This document shows positions 9,204 to 15,951 of a stretch of DNA of 32,000 nt, one piece after another. Made by a program: the position numbers and the translations under genes. The stretch covers positions 24,020-56,019 of the forward strand of contig NZ_CAKZNF010000018.1 of NCBI RefSeq assembly GCF_937129435.1. Direction: 5' to 3'. How positions within the stretch are numbered: position 1 is the stretch's first letter; every line of letters starts with the position of its first letter. Source of the DNA: an uncultured Parasphingopyxis sp. Lineage in GTDB: Bacteria; Pseudomonadota; Alphaproteobacteria; Sphingomonadales; Sphingomonadaceae. A model generated the notes under the pieces. That model ran no database searches. It saw only the letters and a list, made by a program, of their open reading frames with translations, and was not told the DNA's origin.

Positions 9204-9233
9204 TAGGATAGGATTTTTCCTAGACAAGTAGGA
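9204..9233. promoter_or_regulatory. Candidate operator: clustered TAGGA half-sites including the palindrome TAGGA-TTTT-TCCTA
   Basis: TAGGA at 9204-9208, 9209-9213 and 9229-9233; TCCTA at 9218-9222. Located 11-40 nt upstream of the S24 repressor start in an AT-rich divergent region. Confidence 0.3.
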
Positions 9234-9249
9234 AATCGCCGATGATGTA

Positions 9250-9264
9250 GAACATCTCAGGAAC
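9250..9264. promoter_or_regulatory. Candidate alphaproteobacterial LexA box (GAAC-N7-GAAC = GTTC-N7-GTTC on the other strand)
   Basis: GAACatctcagGAAC is an exact match to the direct-repeat core of the alpha SOS box. It is centred in the 122-bp divergent region between the S24 repressor (start 9193) and the small ORF (start 9316). Confidence 0.45.
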
Positions 9265-9315
9265 AAAAAGCCTTGGCGATTCGGGATCGCGCCGGGCGGG
9301 CAACAGGAGGGCCAT

Positions 9316-9507
9316 ATGCCATTGCTGATGGAAATCACCCGCTTCCTCGACAGCGCCGATATGGCGCCGGCGACATTCGGCCGCCGGGCGGTCAACGATC
9401 CCCGCCTCGTCTTCGATCTCAAACGGGGCCGCGAGCCGGGCAAGCGGGTTAGCGCACGCGTCCGCGCCTTCATCGCTGCCTATCGGAAGGGCGCACCATG
9501 CAACTGA
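9316..9507 (+). CDS. Small hypothetical protein (63 aa), possibly a Cro-like DNA-binding protein
   Basis: AGGAGGG Shine-Dalgarno 5 nt upstream of the ATG, strong GC3 bias. Divergent from the repressor. Its stop overlaps the next ORF start by 10 nt. Confidence 0.55.
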   Translation: MPLLMEITRFLDSADMAPATFGRRAVNDPRLVFDLKRGREPGKRVSARVRAFIAAYRKGAPCN

Positions 9508-9809
9508 GCGGCGCAGCCGGCGCACTGATCCGCGCCCTCGCCCGGCGCGCGGGTGCTATGCCGCATATCGAGGAGATCGGCTCGCGCCCCTGGGCCAGCA
9601 TCACCTTCACCGGCGCGCGACACCGGATCGCGCTGCGCTTTTCCGGGCCGGACTCGACGGCATCTGCTGAACGGATGTGCGACGGGCTCGATCACGCCGA
9701 ATTCGAGCTCGGCCGCCATTTGCTCGTCGATATCGATGTCGTGGAACGCGAAGAGGAGGATGCGGGGTGCCGCATCCTCCTCGAAGCCTTGACCGTCGAA
9801 GACGGGTAA
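9498..9809 (+). CDS. Hypothetical protein (103 aa), overlapping and probably co-translated with the 63-aa ORF
   Basis: Strong GC3 bias and a GGAAGGG SD-like sequence upstream. Acidic C-terminus (VVEREEEDAGCRILLEALTVEDG). No family recognised. Confidence 0.6.
   Translation: MQLSGAAGALIRALARRAGAMPHIEEIGSRPWASITFTGARHRIALRFSGPDSTASAERMCDGLDHAEFELGRHLLVDIDVVEREEEDAGCRILLEALTVEDG
9753..9782. terminator. 13-bp GC-rich hairpin with tetraloop embedded in the 3' end of the 103-aa ORF; possible terminator for the convergent GSP26-like gene
   Basis: GAGGAGGATGCGG-ggtg-CCGCATCCTCCTC. On the minus strand it lies about 40 nt downstream of the stop at 9822 and is followed by TTCGCGTTCC. Confidence 0.3.
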
Positions 9810-9821
9810 AGATGTTGGGGG

Positions 9822-10310
9822 CTACATCGCCGTTTCGAGGTGACCCATCTCGCTTTCGTCGACCTTGCCGCCGAACAGCATCTTGATGACGCCGCCCATC
9901 GACATGTCGGCTTCCCACATCTCGGCATGCTGCAGTTCGACGCAGAGCATCGCGAGCTTGGGATCGTCGCGCCCGCCTTCATACCAAGCCGCAACAGTGT
10001 TGTTCCAGAAGCGGTCGATCATGTCGGGGTCCGTCACGCGGGACAGCGTTCCCTTCATGCAGGCGAAGAAATCATGGCCCTTGGCGGCAAACTGGATCAT
10101 GGCGTTCGGGTCCGTCGCCATGCCCTGGGTCAGCCGATTGTCGGTGTTGGTGTAGATGAAGAGCCTGTTCGGGAAATCGTCGTCGAATTTGAGCGCCATC
10201 GGTTCGCTATGGGCATCCTGCGAGGGAATGCCGACAAGAGCATAGGGGCTGTCGTCGAGCTTCTCCCAGAGCATGTCGATCATTTCGCGGGGGCTGGGGG
10301 CGTCGGTCAT
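9822..10310 (-). CDS. Pyridoxamine 5'-phosphate oxidase-like protein, general stress protein 26 family
   Basis: Internal ATG at 10308-10310 preceded by AAGGAG. MTDAPSPREMIDMLWEKLDDSPYALVG...RLFIYTNTDNRLTQGMATDPNAMIQFAAKGHDFFACMKGTLSRVTDPDMIDRFWNNTVAAWYEGGRDDPKLAMLCVELQHAEMWE fits the COG3871 pattern. The track N-terminal extension to 10445 lacks an RBS. Confidence 0.8.
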   Translation of the reverse strand: MTDAPSPREMIDMLWEKLDDSPYALVGIPSQDAHSEPMALKFDDDFPNRLFIYTNTDNRLTQGMATDPNAMIQFAAKGHDFFACMKGTLSRVTDPDMIDRFWNNTVAAWYEGGRDDPKLAMLCVELQHAEMWEADMSMGGVIKMLFGGKVDESEMGHLETAM

Positions 10311-10344
10311 CGGTTGAACTCCTTGACTTGGGGTGTGGGAGATC

Positions 10345-10370
10345 AACGGGCGAACCGTCTGAAATGTTTC
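10345..10370 (-). promoter_or_regulatory. Possible EcfG-type general stress promoter (GAAAC-N17-CGTT) for the GSP26-like gene
   Basis: On the minus strand, -35 GAAAC (10366-10370) and -10 CGTT (10345-10348) with a 17-nt spacer, ending 35 nt upstream of the ATG. One mismatch to GGAAC. Confidence 0.3.
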
Positions 10371-10450
10371 GGGAAACAGTTCGAGTCTTCGACGAATGGA
10401 ACGTGCGCCGAGCCGGACAGATAGCTCTGCCCTCGGCTCGCCCATCTGGC

Positions 10451-10542
10451 GTCATTGCGAACGAAGCGAAGCAATCCAGAGCCACATGCTTTGCCGCTCG
10501 CGGCTCTGGATTGCCGCGTCGCCTTCGGCTCCTCGCAATGAC
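10451..10542. repeat. REP/MITE-like imperfect palindromic element, family B, copy 1
   Basis: GTCATTGCGAACGAAGCGAAGCAATCCAGAGCC...GGCTCTGGATTGCCGCGTCGCCTTCGGCTCCTCGCAATGAC. Its 39-nt right arm is identical to 31639-31677. Intergenic, downstream of the thiolase gene. Confidence 0.8.
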
Positions 10543-10562
10543 GAAAAGTCAGAATGCCGTTG

Positions 10563-11744
10563 CTAGAGAACCTCGAAAAGCCCCGCCGCGCCCATGCCGC
10601 CGCCGACGCACATGGTCACGACGACGTATTTGGCGCCGCGGCGCTTGCCCTCGATCAGCGCATGGCCGGTGCAACGCGCACCGGTCATGCCATACGGATG
10701 GCCGATCGAGATCGAGCCGCCATTGACGTTGAGCAGCTCGTCCGGAATGCCGAGCTTGTCGCGGCAGTAGAGCACCTGGACGGCGAAGGCCTCGTTCAGC
10801 TCCCAAAGGCCGATATCGTCGACGGAAAGATCGAAGCGTTCGAGCAGTTTCGGGATCGCGAAGACCGGGCCGATGCCCATCTCGTCGGGCTCGGTTCCGG
10901 CGACGGCCATGCCGACATATCGGCCGAGCGGCGTCAGCCCCTTTTTCTCGGCGGTCGAGGCTTCCATGACGACGCAGGCCGAGGAACCGTCGGAAAGCTG
11001 CGAGGCGTTACCGGCGGTGATCGTGCCGCCTTCGCCGATCACCGGCTGGAGCGACTGCAAGCCTTCGAGCGTGGTCGAGGGGCGGTTGCCCTCGTCCTTG
11101 GCGATGGTGACGGTTTCCTCGCTGGTTTCGCCCGTTTCCTTGTTCGTGTTGAGCTTGACCGTCGTCGTCTCGACGATCTCGTCGTCGAACTTGCCGGCCT
11201 CCTGCGCGGCGGCGGTCCGCTGCTGCGATTGCAACGAATATTCGTCCATCGCCTCGCGGCTGATGTCGTAGCGCTTGGCAACGACTTCGGCCGTTTGCAG
11301 CATCGGCATGTAGATATTGCCGTGCATCGCGATCAGCTCCGGATCGGGCATGACGCGCATTTCCTTGGTCTGCACGAGGCTGATCGATTCGAGCCCGCCG
11401 GCGACCACGCAGTCCATCCGGTCGACGATCACCTGCTTCGCTGCCGTCGCGATCGTCATCAGCCCCGAAGAGCATTGCCGGTCCATCGACATACCCGCAA
11501 CCGAGGTCGGCAGCCCGGCCCGCAAGGCGATCTGACGCGCGACATTGGTGCCGGTCGTGCCCTGCTGCAGCGCCGCACCCATGATGCAGTCATCGACCTC
11601 GCCGCCCTCGATCCCGGCGCGCTCGACCGCCGCCTTGACCGCGAAGCTGCCGAGCGTCGGCCCCTTGGTATTGTTGAACGCGCCGCGATAGGCCTTGCCG
11701 ATCGGCGTACGGGCGGTGGAAACGATAACGGCGTCACGGGACAT
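10563..11744 (-). CDS. Acetyl-CoA C-acyltransferase (thiolase)
   Basis: Start [21 protein letters not shown] at the ATG 11742-11744 with AAAGGAA RBS. Active-site motifs [27 protein letters not shown] and MCVGGGMG. Confidence 0.9.
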   Translation of the reverse strand: MSRDAVIVSTARTPIGKAYRGAFNNTKGPTLGSFAVKAAVERAGIEGGEVDDCIMGAALQQGTTGTNVARQIALRAGLPTSVAGMSMDRQCSSGLMTIATAAKQVIVDRMDCVVAGGLESISLVQTKEMRVMPDPELIAMHGNIYMPMLQTAEVVAKRYDISREAMDEYSLQSQQRTAAAQEAGKFDDEIVETTTVKLNTNKETGETSEETVTIAKDEGNRPSTTLEGLQSLQPVIGEGGTITAGNASQLSDGSSACVVMEASTAEKKGLTPLGRYVGMAVAGTEPDEMGIGPVFAIPKLLERFDLSVDDIGLWELNEAFAVQVLYCRDKLGIPDELLNVNGGSISIGHPYGMTGARCTGHALIEGKRRGAKYVVVTMCVGGGMGAAGLFEVL

Positions 11745-11801
11745 TGTGGGTGTTCCTTTCAGTGATTCTGTTCTGTTTTGCGGTTTGTCTAGCGAGGTAT
11801 T

Positions 11802-12256
11802 TTGACTCACGCAAAGACGCTAAGACGCAAAATCCGTATGATTGTTCACGATGCGCTTGATGCCTTCCTTGAAGGTGGCAGCGCCGAAATTCATCAAGAG
11901 ACCCAGGGGCAGGTCTAGAAGCCGCAGATAGGTCAGCACCTGCTTGCCATGAACCGCTTGCAGGCGTTCGACGGATTTGAGTTCGATCAGAAGCCGGTCT
12001 TCGACCAGAATATCAGCGCGAAACCCTTCCTGGATCGCCAGTCCCTTGAAATGGATCCCGACCGGCTTTTGCCGGTCGATTTTCAAACCACGTTCTTCCA
12101 GTTCGAAGGCCAACACCGCTTCATAGACCGATTCCAGCAGTCCCGGCCCCAATTCCTTGTGGATGTGAAACCCCGCATCGACCGCAATCCGCGCAAGCTC
12201 TTCGACAGAATGGCTCACGCTTATTCTTTGCGTCTTCGCGTCTTCGCGTGAGTCAA
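11802..12256 (-). mobile_element. 455-bp cassette: GxxExxY nuclease-fold gene bounded by 30-bp terminal inverted repeats, inserted between maoC-like and thiolase genes
   Basis: Left 11802-11831 is TTGACTCACGCAAAGACGCTAAGACGCAAA. Right 12227-12256 is TTTGCGTCTTCGCGTCTTCGCGTGAGTCAA (28/30 complementary). Each arm contains a tandem GCGAAGAC-like unit. G+C inside is visibly lower than in the flanks. Confidence 0.5.
11820..12218 (-). CDS. GxxExxY protein (PD-(D/E)XK nuclease superfamily)
   Basis: 132 aa, GTG start. ...HKELGPGLLESVYEAVLAFELEERGLKIDRQKPVGIHFKG...FRADILVEDRLLIELKSVERL...HGKQVLTYLRLLDLPLGLLMNFG carries the GxxExxY motif and the D...ExK core. Its stop codon lies inside the left inverted repeat. 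Confidence 0.85.
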   Translation of the reverse strand: MSHSVEELARIAVDAGFHIHKELGPGLLESVYEAVLAFELEERGLKIDRQKPVGIHFKGLAIQEGFRADILVEDRLLIELKSVERLQAVHGKQVLTYLRLLDLPLGLLMNFGAATFKEGIKRIVNNHTDFAS

Positions 12257-12260
12257 TTCC

Positions 12261-12719
12261 TCAAACGAAAAACTGCGAGATCCATTCGGCAATCAGGGCG
12301 GGCTTGTCCTCGCCCTCGATCTCGACGGAAAATTCGAGCGTCTGCTGATACTGGCCGGGGCGCTTTTCGGTGAGCTCGAGCAGCTTGAAATGGCCGCGCA
12401 CGCGCTTGCCGGATTTTACCGGCGCGAGGAAACGCGTTTTGTTGCCGCCATAGTTGACGCCCATCTTCACGCCTTCGGGACGCGGGCAATCGCTCTCCGC
12501 CATCATGCGCGGGAAGAGCGACAGCGTCAGAAAGCCGTGCGCGATCGTCTGGCCGAAGGGCGTCATCTTCGCGGCTTCGGGATTGACGTGGATGAACTGG
12601 TGATCGCCGGTTGCGTCGGCAAACTTGTCGATCATCTCCTGATCGACGGTGATCCATTCGGACGTGCCGAGCGTTTCGCCCACCTTGCCCATCATTTCGT
12701 CGATGCTGATCGTTGCCAT
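12261..12719 (-). CDS. MaoC-like (R)-specific enoyl-CoA hydratase / hot-dog dehydratase
   Basis: Start MATISIDEMMGKVGE at the ATG 12717-12719 preceded by GAGAGGAG. ...FADATGDHQFIHVNPEAAKMTPFGQTIAHGFLTLSL is the MaoC hydratase motif. The track start at 12749 lies inside the repeat element and is rejected. Confidence 0.85.
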   Translation of the reverse strand: MATISIDEMMGKVGETLGTSEWITVDQEMIDKFADATGDHQFIHVNPEAAKMTPFGQTIAHGFLTLSLFPRMMAESDCPRPEGVKMGVNYGGNKTRFLAPVKSGKRVRGHFKLLELTEKRPGQYQQTLEFSVEIEGEDKPALIAEWISQFFV

Positions 12720-12744
12720 CCCGTCGCTCCTCTCGTTTCGGATC

Positions 12745-12833
12745 GTCATGCTGAACTTGTTTCAGCATCCACCTTTCATTCCGCATGGTCCGTGCGATGG
12801 GAGAGGTGGACCCTGAAACAAGTTCAGGGTGAC
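12745..12833. repeat. Gene-less inverted doublet of hairpin family A (REPIN-like)
   Basis: GTCATGCTGAACTTGTTTCAGCATCCACCT (12745-12774) and AGGTGGACCCTGAAACAAGTTCAGGGTGAC (12804-12833), separated by about 30 nt. Each arm is itself an 8-bp stem with a 5-nt loop. It is the same hairpin that flanks the GIY-YIG gene at 15952 and 16379. Confidence 0.85.
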
Positions 12834-12891
12834 GGTGAAGCCTCACCTTATCGTTATGCGGCGTGTCCGCAAGGCGTTATAGGGCCGCGCC

Positions 12892-15800
12892 ATGGCTAGC
12901 ACGAAACACGACCCCGATTCCCTAACGTCCGCCGCCTGGCTCCACATGGAAGAGGTGCACCGCGCGCCCGAAAACGAGGTGCTGGCGCCGCTGATCGAGC
13001 GCGCCCGACTCGCGCCCGACGAACGCGAACGGATCGAGCACCGCGCACTGGGCCTGCTCGCCGAATTGCGCGAGGGGCAGCGGACGGGCTGGGTCAACCA
13101 GTTCCTCCAGGAATATCGCCTGAACACATCGGAGGGCGTCGCGCTCCTCAGTCTCGCCGAGGCGTTCCTGCGGGTGCCCGATGCCGACACCGCGGACAAG
13201 CTGATCGCCGACAAGATCGGCGAAGGAAACTGGCGCAGCCATGCCGGCAAATCGCATTCGGGGATGGTCAATTCGGCCACCTGGGGCCTCGTCATCGGTC
13301 GCGCGCTCGTGGGCGAGAAGACGACGGCAAACGCCCTGCGCCGCCTGATCAGCCGTACGGGCGAACCGTTCGTGCGGCAAGCGGTCGGCGCGGCGATGCG
13401 GCTGATGGGCGAGATCTTCGTCATGGGCCGGACGATCGACGAAGCACTGAAGCGCATGAAGCGGCCGGAAAACAAGGGCTTTACCGCGAGCTTCGACATG
13501 CTCGGCGAAGCAGCGCGGACCTTCCCCGATGCCGATCGCTATTTCGAAAGCTATATGCGCGCGATTCAAGCCGTCGGCGCCGCGCGGACCGAGGGGTCGA
13601 CCGAGGTCAACCATTCGATCTCGGTCAAACTGTCGGCGCTCCACCCGCGCTACGAGGTGGCGCAATGGGGCCGCTGCGTGCCCGAACTCACCGACCGGCT
13701 GGAAGCGCTGGCCGAGGCGGCTGCGAAGGCGCAGATCGGCCTGACCGTCGATGCCGAGGAATCGGAACGGCTCGAGATGAGCCTCGACATTATCGAGCAT
13801 GTCGCCGAGATGCCGAAGTTTGCCGGCTGGAACGGATTCGGCATGGCGATCCAGGCCTATGGCAAGCGCTGCCAGCGCACCATCGGCTGGGCCGAGGCGC
13901 TGGCCGAGCGCACGAACCGGTACATCCCCGTCCGTCTCGTCAAGGGCGCCTATTGGGACAGCGAGATCAAGCACGCGCAGGAAAAGGGGCTGCGGCACTA
14001 CCCCCTCTTCACGCGCAAGGTGAACACCGACACCTGCTATCTCGCCTGCGCGAAGGATATGCTCGAAGCCAAGATGATCCGCCCCGCCTTCGCCACGCAT
14101 AATGCGTTGACGGCGGCGACGATCATGGAATGGGCGCCCGACCCGAAAAGCTTCGAATTCCAGCGGCTGCACGGCATGGGCGAAGGGCTGTTCGAGGATC
14201 TCGTGCGGGAGCAGGGCTATCGCTGCCGCATCTATGCGCCGGTCGGCGGCCATCGCGACCTCCTCGCCTATCTCGTCCGCCGCCTGCTTGAGAACGGCGC
14301 CAATTCGAGCTTTGTCCACCAGCTTGCCGACGAGCATCTGAGCGATGCCGACCTGCTGCGCGATCCGGTGGAGCGCTGCGCGGAAGTGGGCGGGACGCGC
14401 CATCCGTCGATCCCGCTGCCCGAAGACCTGTTCATGCCGCAAAGGAAGAACAGCGAGGGGCTGGACCTCGACGACTGGCGCGTGCTCAACCGCGTGACCG
14501 AGGGCATTGTCGAGCGCGGCGATATCGGCGATCCGCCGGCCCAGCCAAAGGACGTGAATGCGTTGATCGAGAAGGCCGGCAAGGGCTATGCCAAATGGTC
14601 GCTGCTCCCGGTCGAAGAGCGCGCTGCACGGATTGCCCGGCTGGGCGAGTTGCTCGAGGAACATCGCGGCGAGCTGATGGCGCTCGCGGTGCACGAAGCC
14701 AACAAGACGATCCCCGATGCGCTGGCCGAGATACGCGAGGCGATCGACTTCTGCCGCTATTACGCAGCCGAAGCGCGCGAGAAATTGCAGCCGCTCGAAA
14801 TGCCCGGCCCGACGGGTGAGACCAATGTCCTGCGGATGGAGGGCAAGGGCGTGTGGTGCTGCATCTCGCCCTGGAACTTCCCGCTCGCCATTTTCACCGG
14901 GCAGGTGGCCGCCGCGCTCGTGACCGGCAATGCAGTGATCGCAAAGCCGGCCCCGCAGACGCCCCGCATCGCGGCGGCCGCCGTTCGGCTCGCGCATGTC
15001 GCCGGGATCCCGGAGGATGCGCTGCTGCTCGCCCCCGGCGGACCGAAAATCGGCGCGGCGCTGACCGGCGACCCGCGCATTGCCGGCGTCGCCTTTACCG
15101 GCTCGACCGGCACGGCCAAGGCCATCGCCAAGTCGCTGCTCGAGGACGACGACCGGCCGATCGTCCCGCTGATCGCCGAGACGGGCGGCATCAACGCGAT
15201 GATCGTCGATTCCACGGCGCTGCCCGAACAGGTCGTCGCCGATGCCGTCGCCTCGGCTTTCGGTTCGGCCGGGCAACGCTGTTCGGCGCTTCGTCTCCTG
15301 CTGATCCAGAAGGATGTCGCCGAAAAGATGATCGAGATGCTGAAAGGCGCGATGGCGACGCTGCAGGTCGGACAACCGGAAAACCCGGCGAGCGATGTCG
15401 GACCGGTCATCGACCAGGCGTCCTATGACAAGCTGATGAGCTATCGCGAGACGATGGCCGACCGGATTCTTGCGACCTGCGATGTGCCCGAACAAGGGCT
15501 ATATGTGCCGCCGACACTGATCCGGCTCGACAGTGCCGAGGACCTCACCGCCGAATGGTTCGGGCCGATCCTGCATGTCGCGACATGGAAATCGGGCAAG
15601 CTTGAACAGACGGTCGCGCGGATCAACGCCAAGGGCTTCGGCCTCACCATGGGCCTGCACAGCCGCATCGCGCGGGCCGGCGAGATCGTCGAAATGCATG
15701 CCCGCGTCGGCAATCTCTACGTCAACCGCACGATGACCGGCGCCGTCGTCGGCTCGCAGCCCTTTGGCGGCGAAGGCCTGTCGGGCACCGGCCCCAAGGC

Positions 15801-15918
15801 CGGCGGCCCGCACTACCTACCCCGCTTCTGCGCCGAACGGGTGACGACGATCGACACGACGAGTGCCGGCGGCAATGCGACGCTGCTGAGCCTGGAGGAA
15901 GCGGGGATGGGGATTTGA
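12892..15918 (+). CDS. putA: Bifunctional proline dehydrogenase / L-glutamate gamma-semialdehyde dehydrogenase PutA (form without an N-terminal DNA-binding domain)
   Basis: 1008 aa. PRODH barrel region (...SVKLSALHPRYE...VRLVKGAYWDSEIK...) followed by an ALDH domain with ETGGINAMIVDSTALPEQ and the catalytic Cys in GQRCSALR. The start could alternatively be the Met at 12946. Confidence 0.9.
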   Translation: MASTKHDPDSLTSAAWLHMEEVHRAPENEVLAPLIERARLAPDERERIEHRALGLLAELREGQRTGWVNQFLQEYRLNTSEGVALLSLAEAFLRVPDADTADKLIADKIGEGNWRSHAGKSHSGMVNSATWGLVIGRALVGEKTTANALRRLISRTGEPFVRQAVGAAMRLMGEIFVMGRTIDEALKRMKRPENKGFTASFDMLGEAARTFPDADRYFESYMRAIQAVGAARTEGSTEVNHSISVKLSALHPRYEVAQWGRCVPELTDRLEALAEAAAKAQIGLTVDAEESERLEMSLDIIEHVAEMPKFAGWNGFGMAIQAYGKRCQRTIGWAEALAERTNRYIPVRLVKGAYWDSEIKHAQEKGLRHYPLFTRKVNTDTCYLACAKDMLEAKMIRPAFATHNALTAATIMEWAPDPKSFEFQRLHGMGEGLFEDLVREQGYRCRIYAPVGGHRDLLAYLVRRLLENGANSSFVHQLADEHLSDADLLRDPVERCAEVGGTRHPSIPLPEDLFMPQRKNSEGLDLDDWRVLNRVTEGIVERGDIGDPPAQPKDVNALIEKAGKGYAKWSLLPVEERAARIARLGELLEEHRGELMALAVHEANKTIPDALAEIREAIDFCRYYAAEAREKLQPLEMPGPTGETNVLRMEGKGVWCCISPWNFPLAIFTGQVAAALVTGNAVIAKPAPQTPRIAAAAVRLAHVAGIPEDALLLAPGGPKIGAALTGDPRIAGVAFTGSTGTAKAIAKSLLEDDDRPIVPLIAETGGINAMIVDSTALPEQVVADAVASAFGSAGQRCSALRLLLIQKDVAEKMIEMLKGAMATLQVGQPENPASDVGPVIDQASYDKLMSYRETMADRILATCDVPEQGLYVPPTLIRLDSAEDLTAEWFGPILHVATWKSGKLEQTVARINAKGFGLTMGLHSRIARAGEIVEMHARVGNLYVNRTMTGAVVGSQPFGGEGLSGTGPKAGGPHYLPRFCAERVTTIDTTSAGGNATLLSLEEAGMGI

Positions 15919-15951
15919 CACGCGGATAGGTGACACAGCACGGCATTATCT

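Noticed and set aside
8516-9809. Possibility that the S24 repressor marks a prophage
   Set aside because: No integrase, excisionase, att-like repeats, or structural or lysis genes occur within 10 kb on either side. The flanking genes are core housekeeping genes.
10554-11765. 403-aa + ORF opposite the thiolase, and the thiolase N-terminal extension to 11810
   Set aside because: The thiolase active-site motifs are on the minus strand. The extension lacks an RBS, whereas the ATG at 11744 has AAAGGAA and the canonical MSRDAVIVS start.
12253-12846. 197-aa minus ORF reading through the hairpin doublet (contains HPELVSGST and MLKQVQHD)
   Set aside because: It is out of frame with the maoC-like gene and is created by translating the palindromic repeat. 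The composition is Arg-rich.
12922-15495. 857-aa minus ORF opposite putA
   Set aside because: Antisense shadow. putA on the plus strand carries PRODH and ALDH catalytic motifs.
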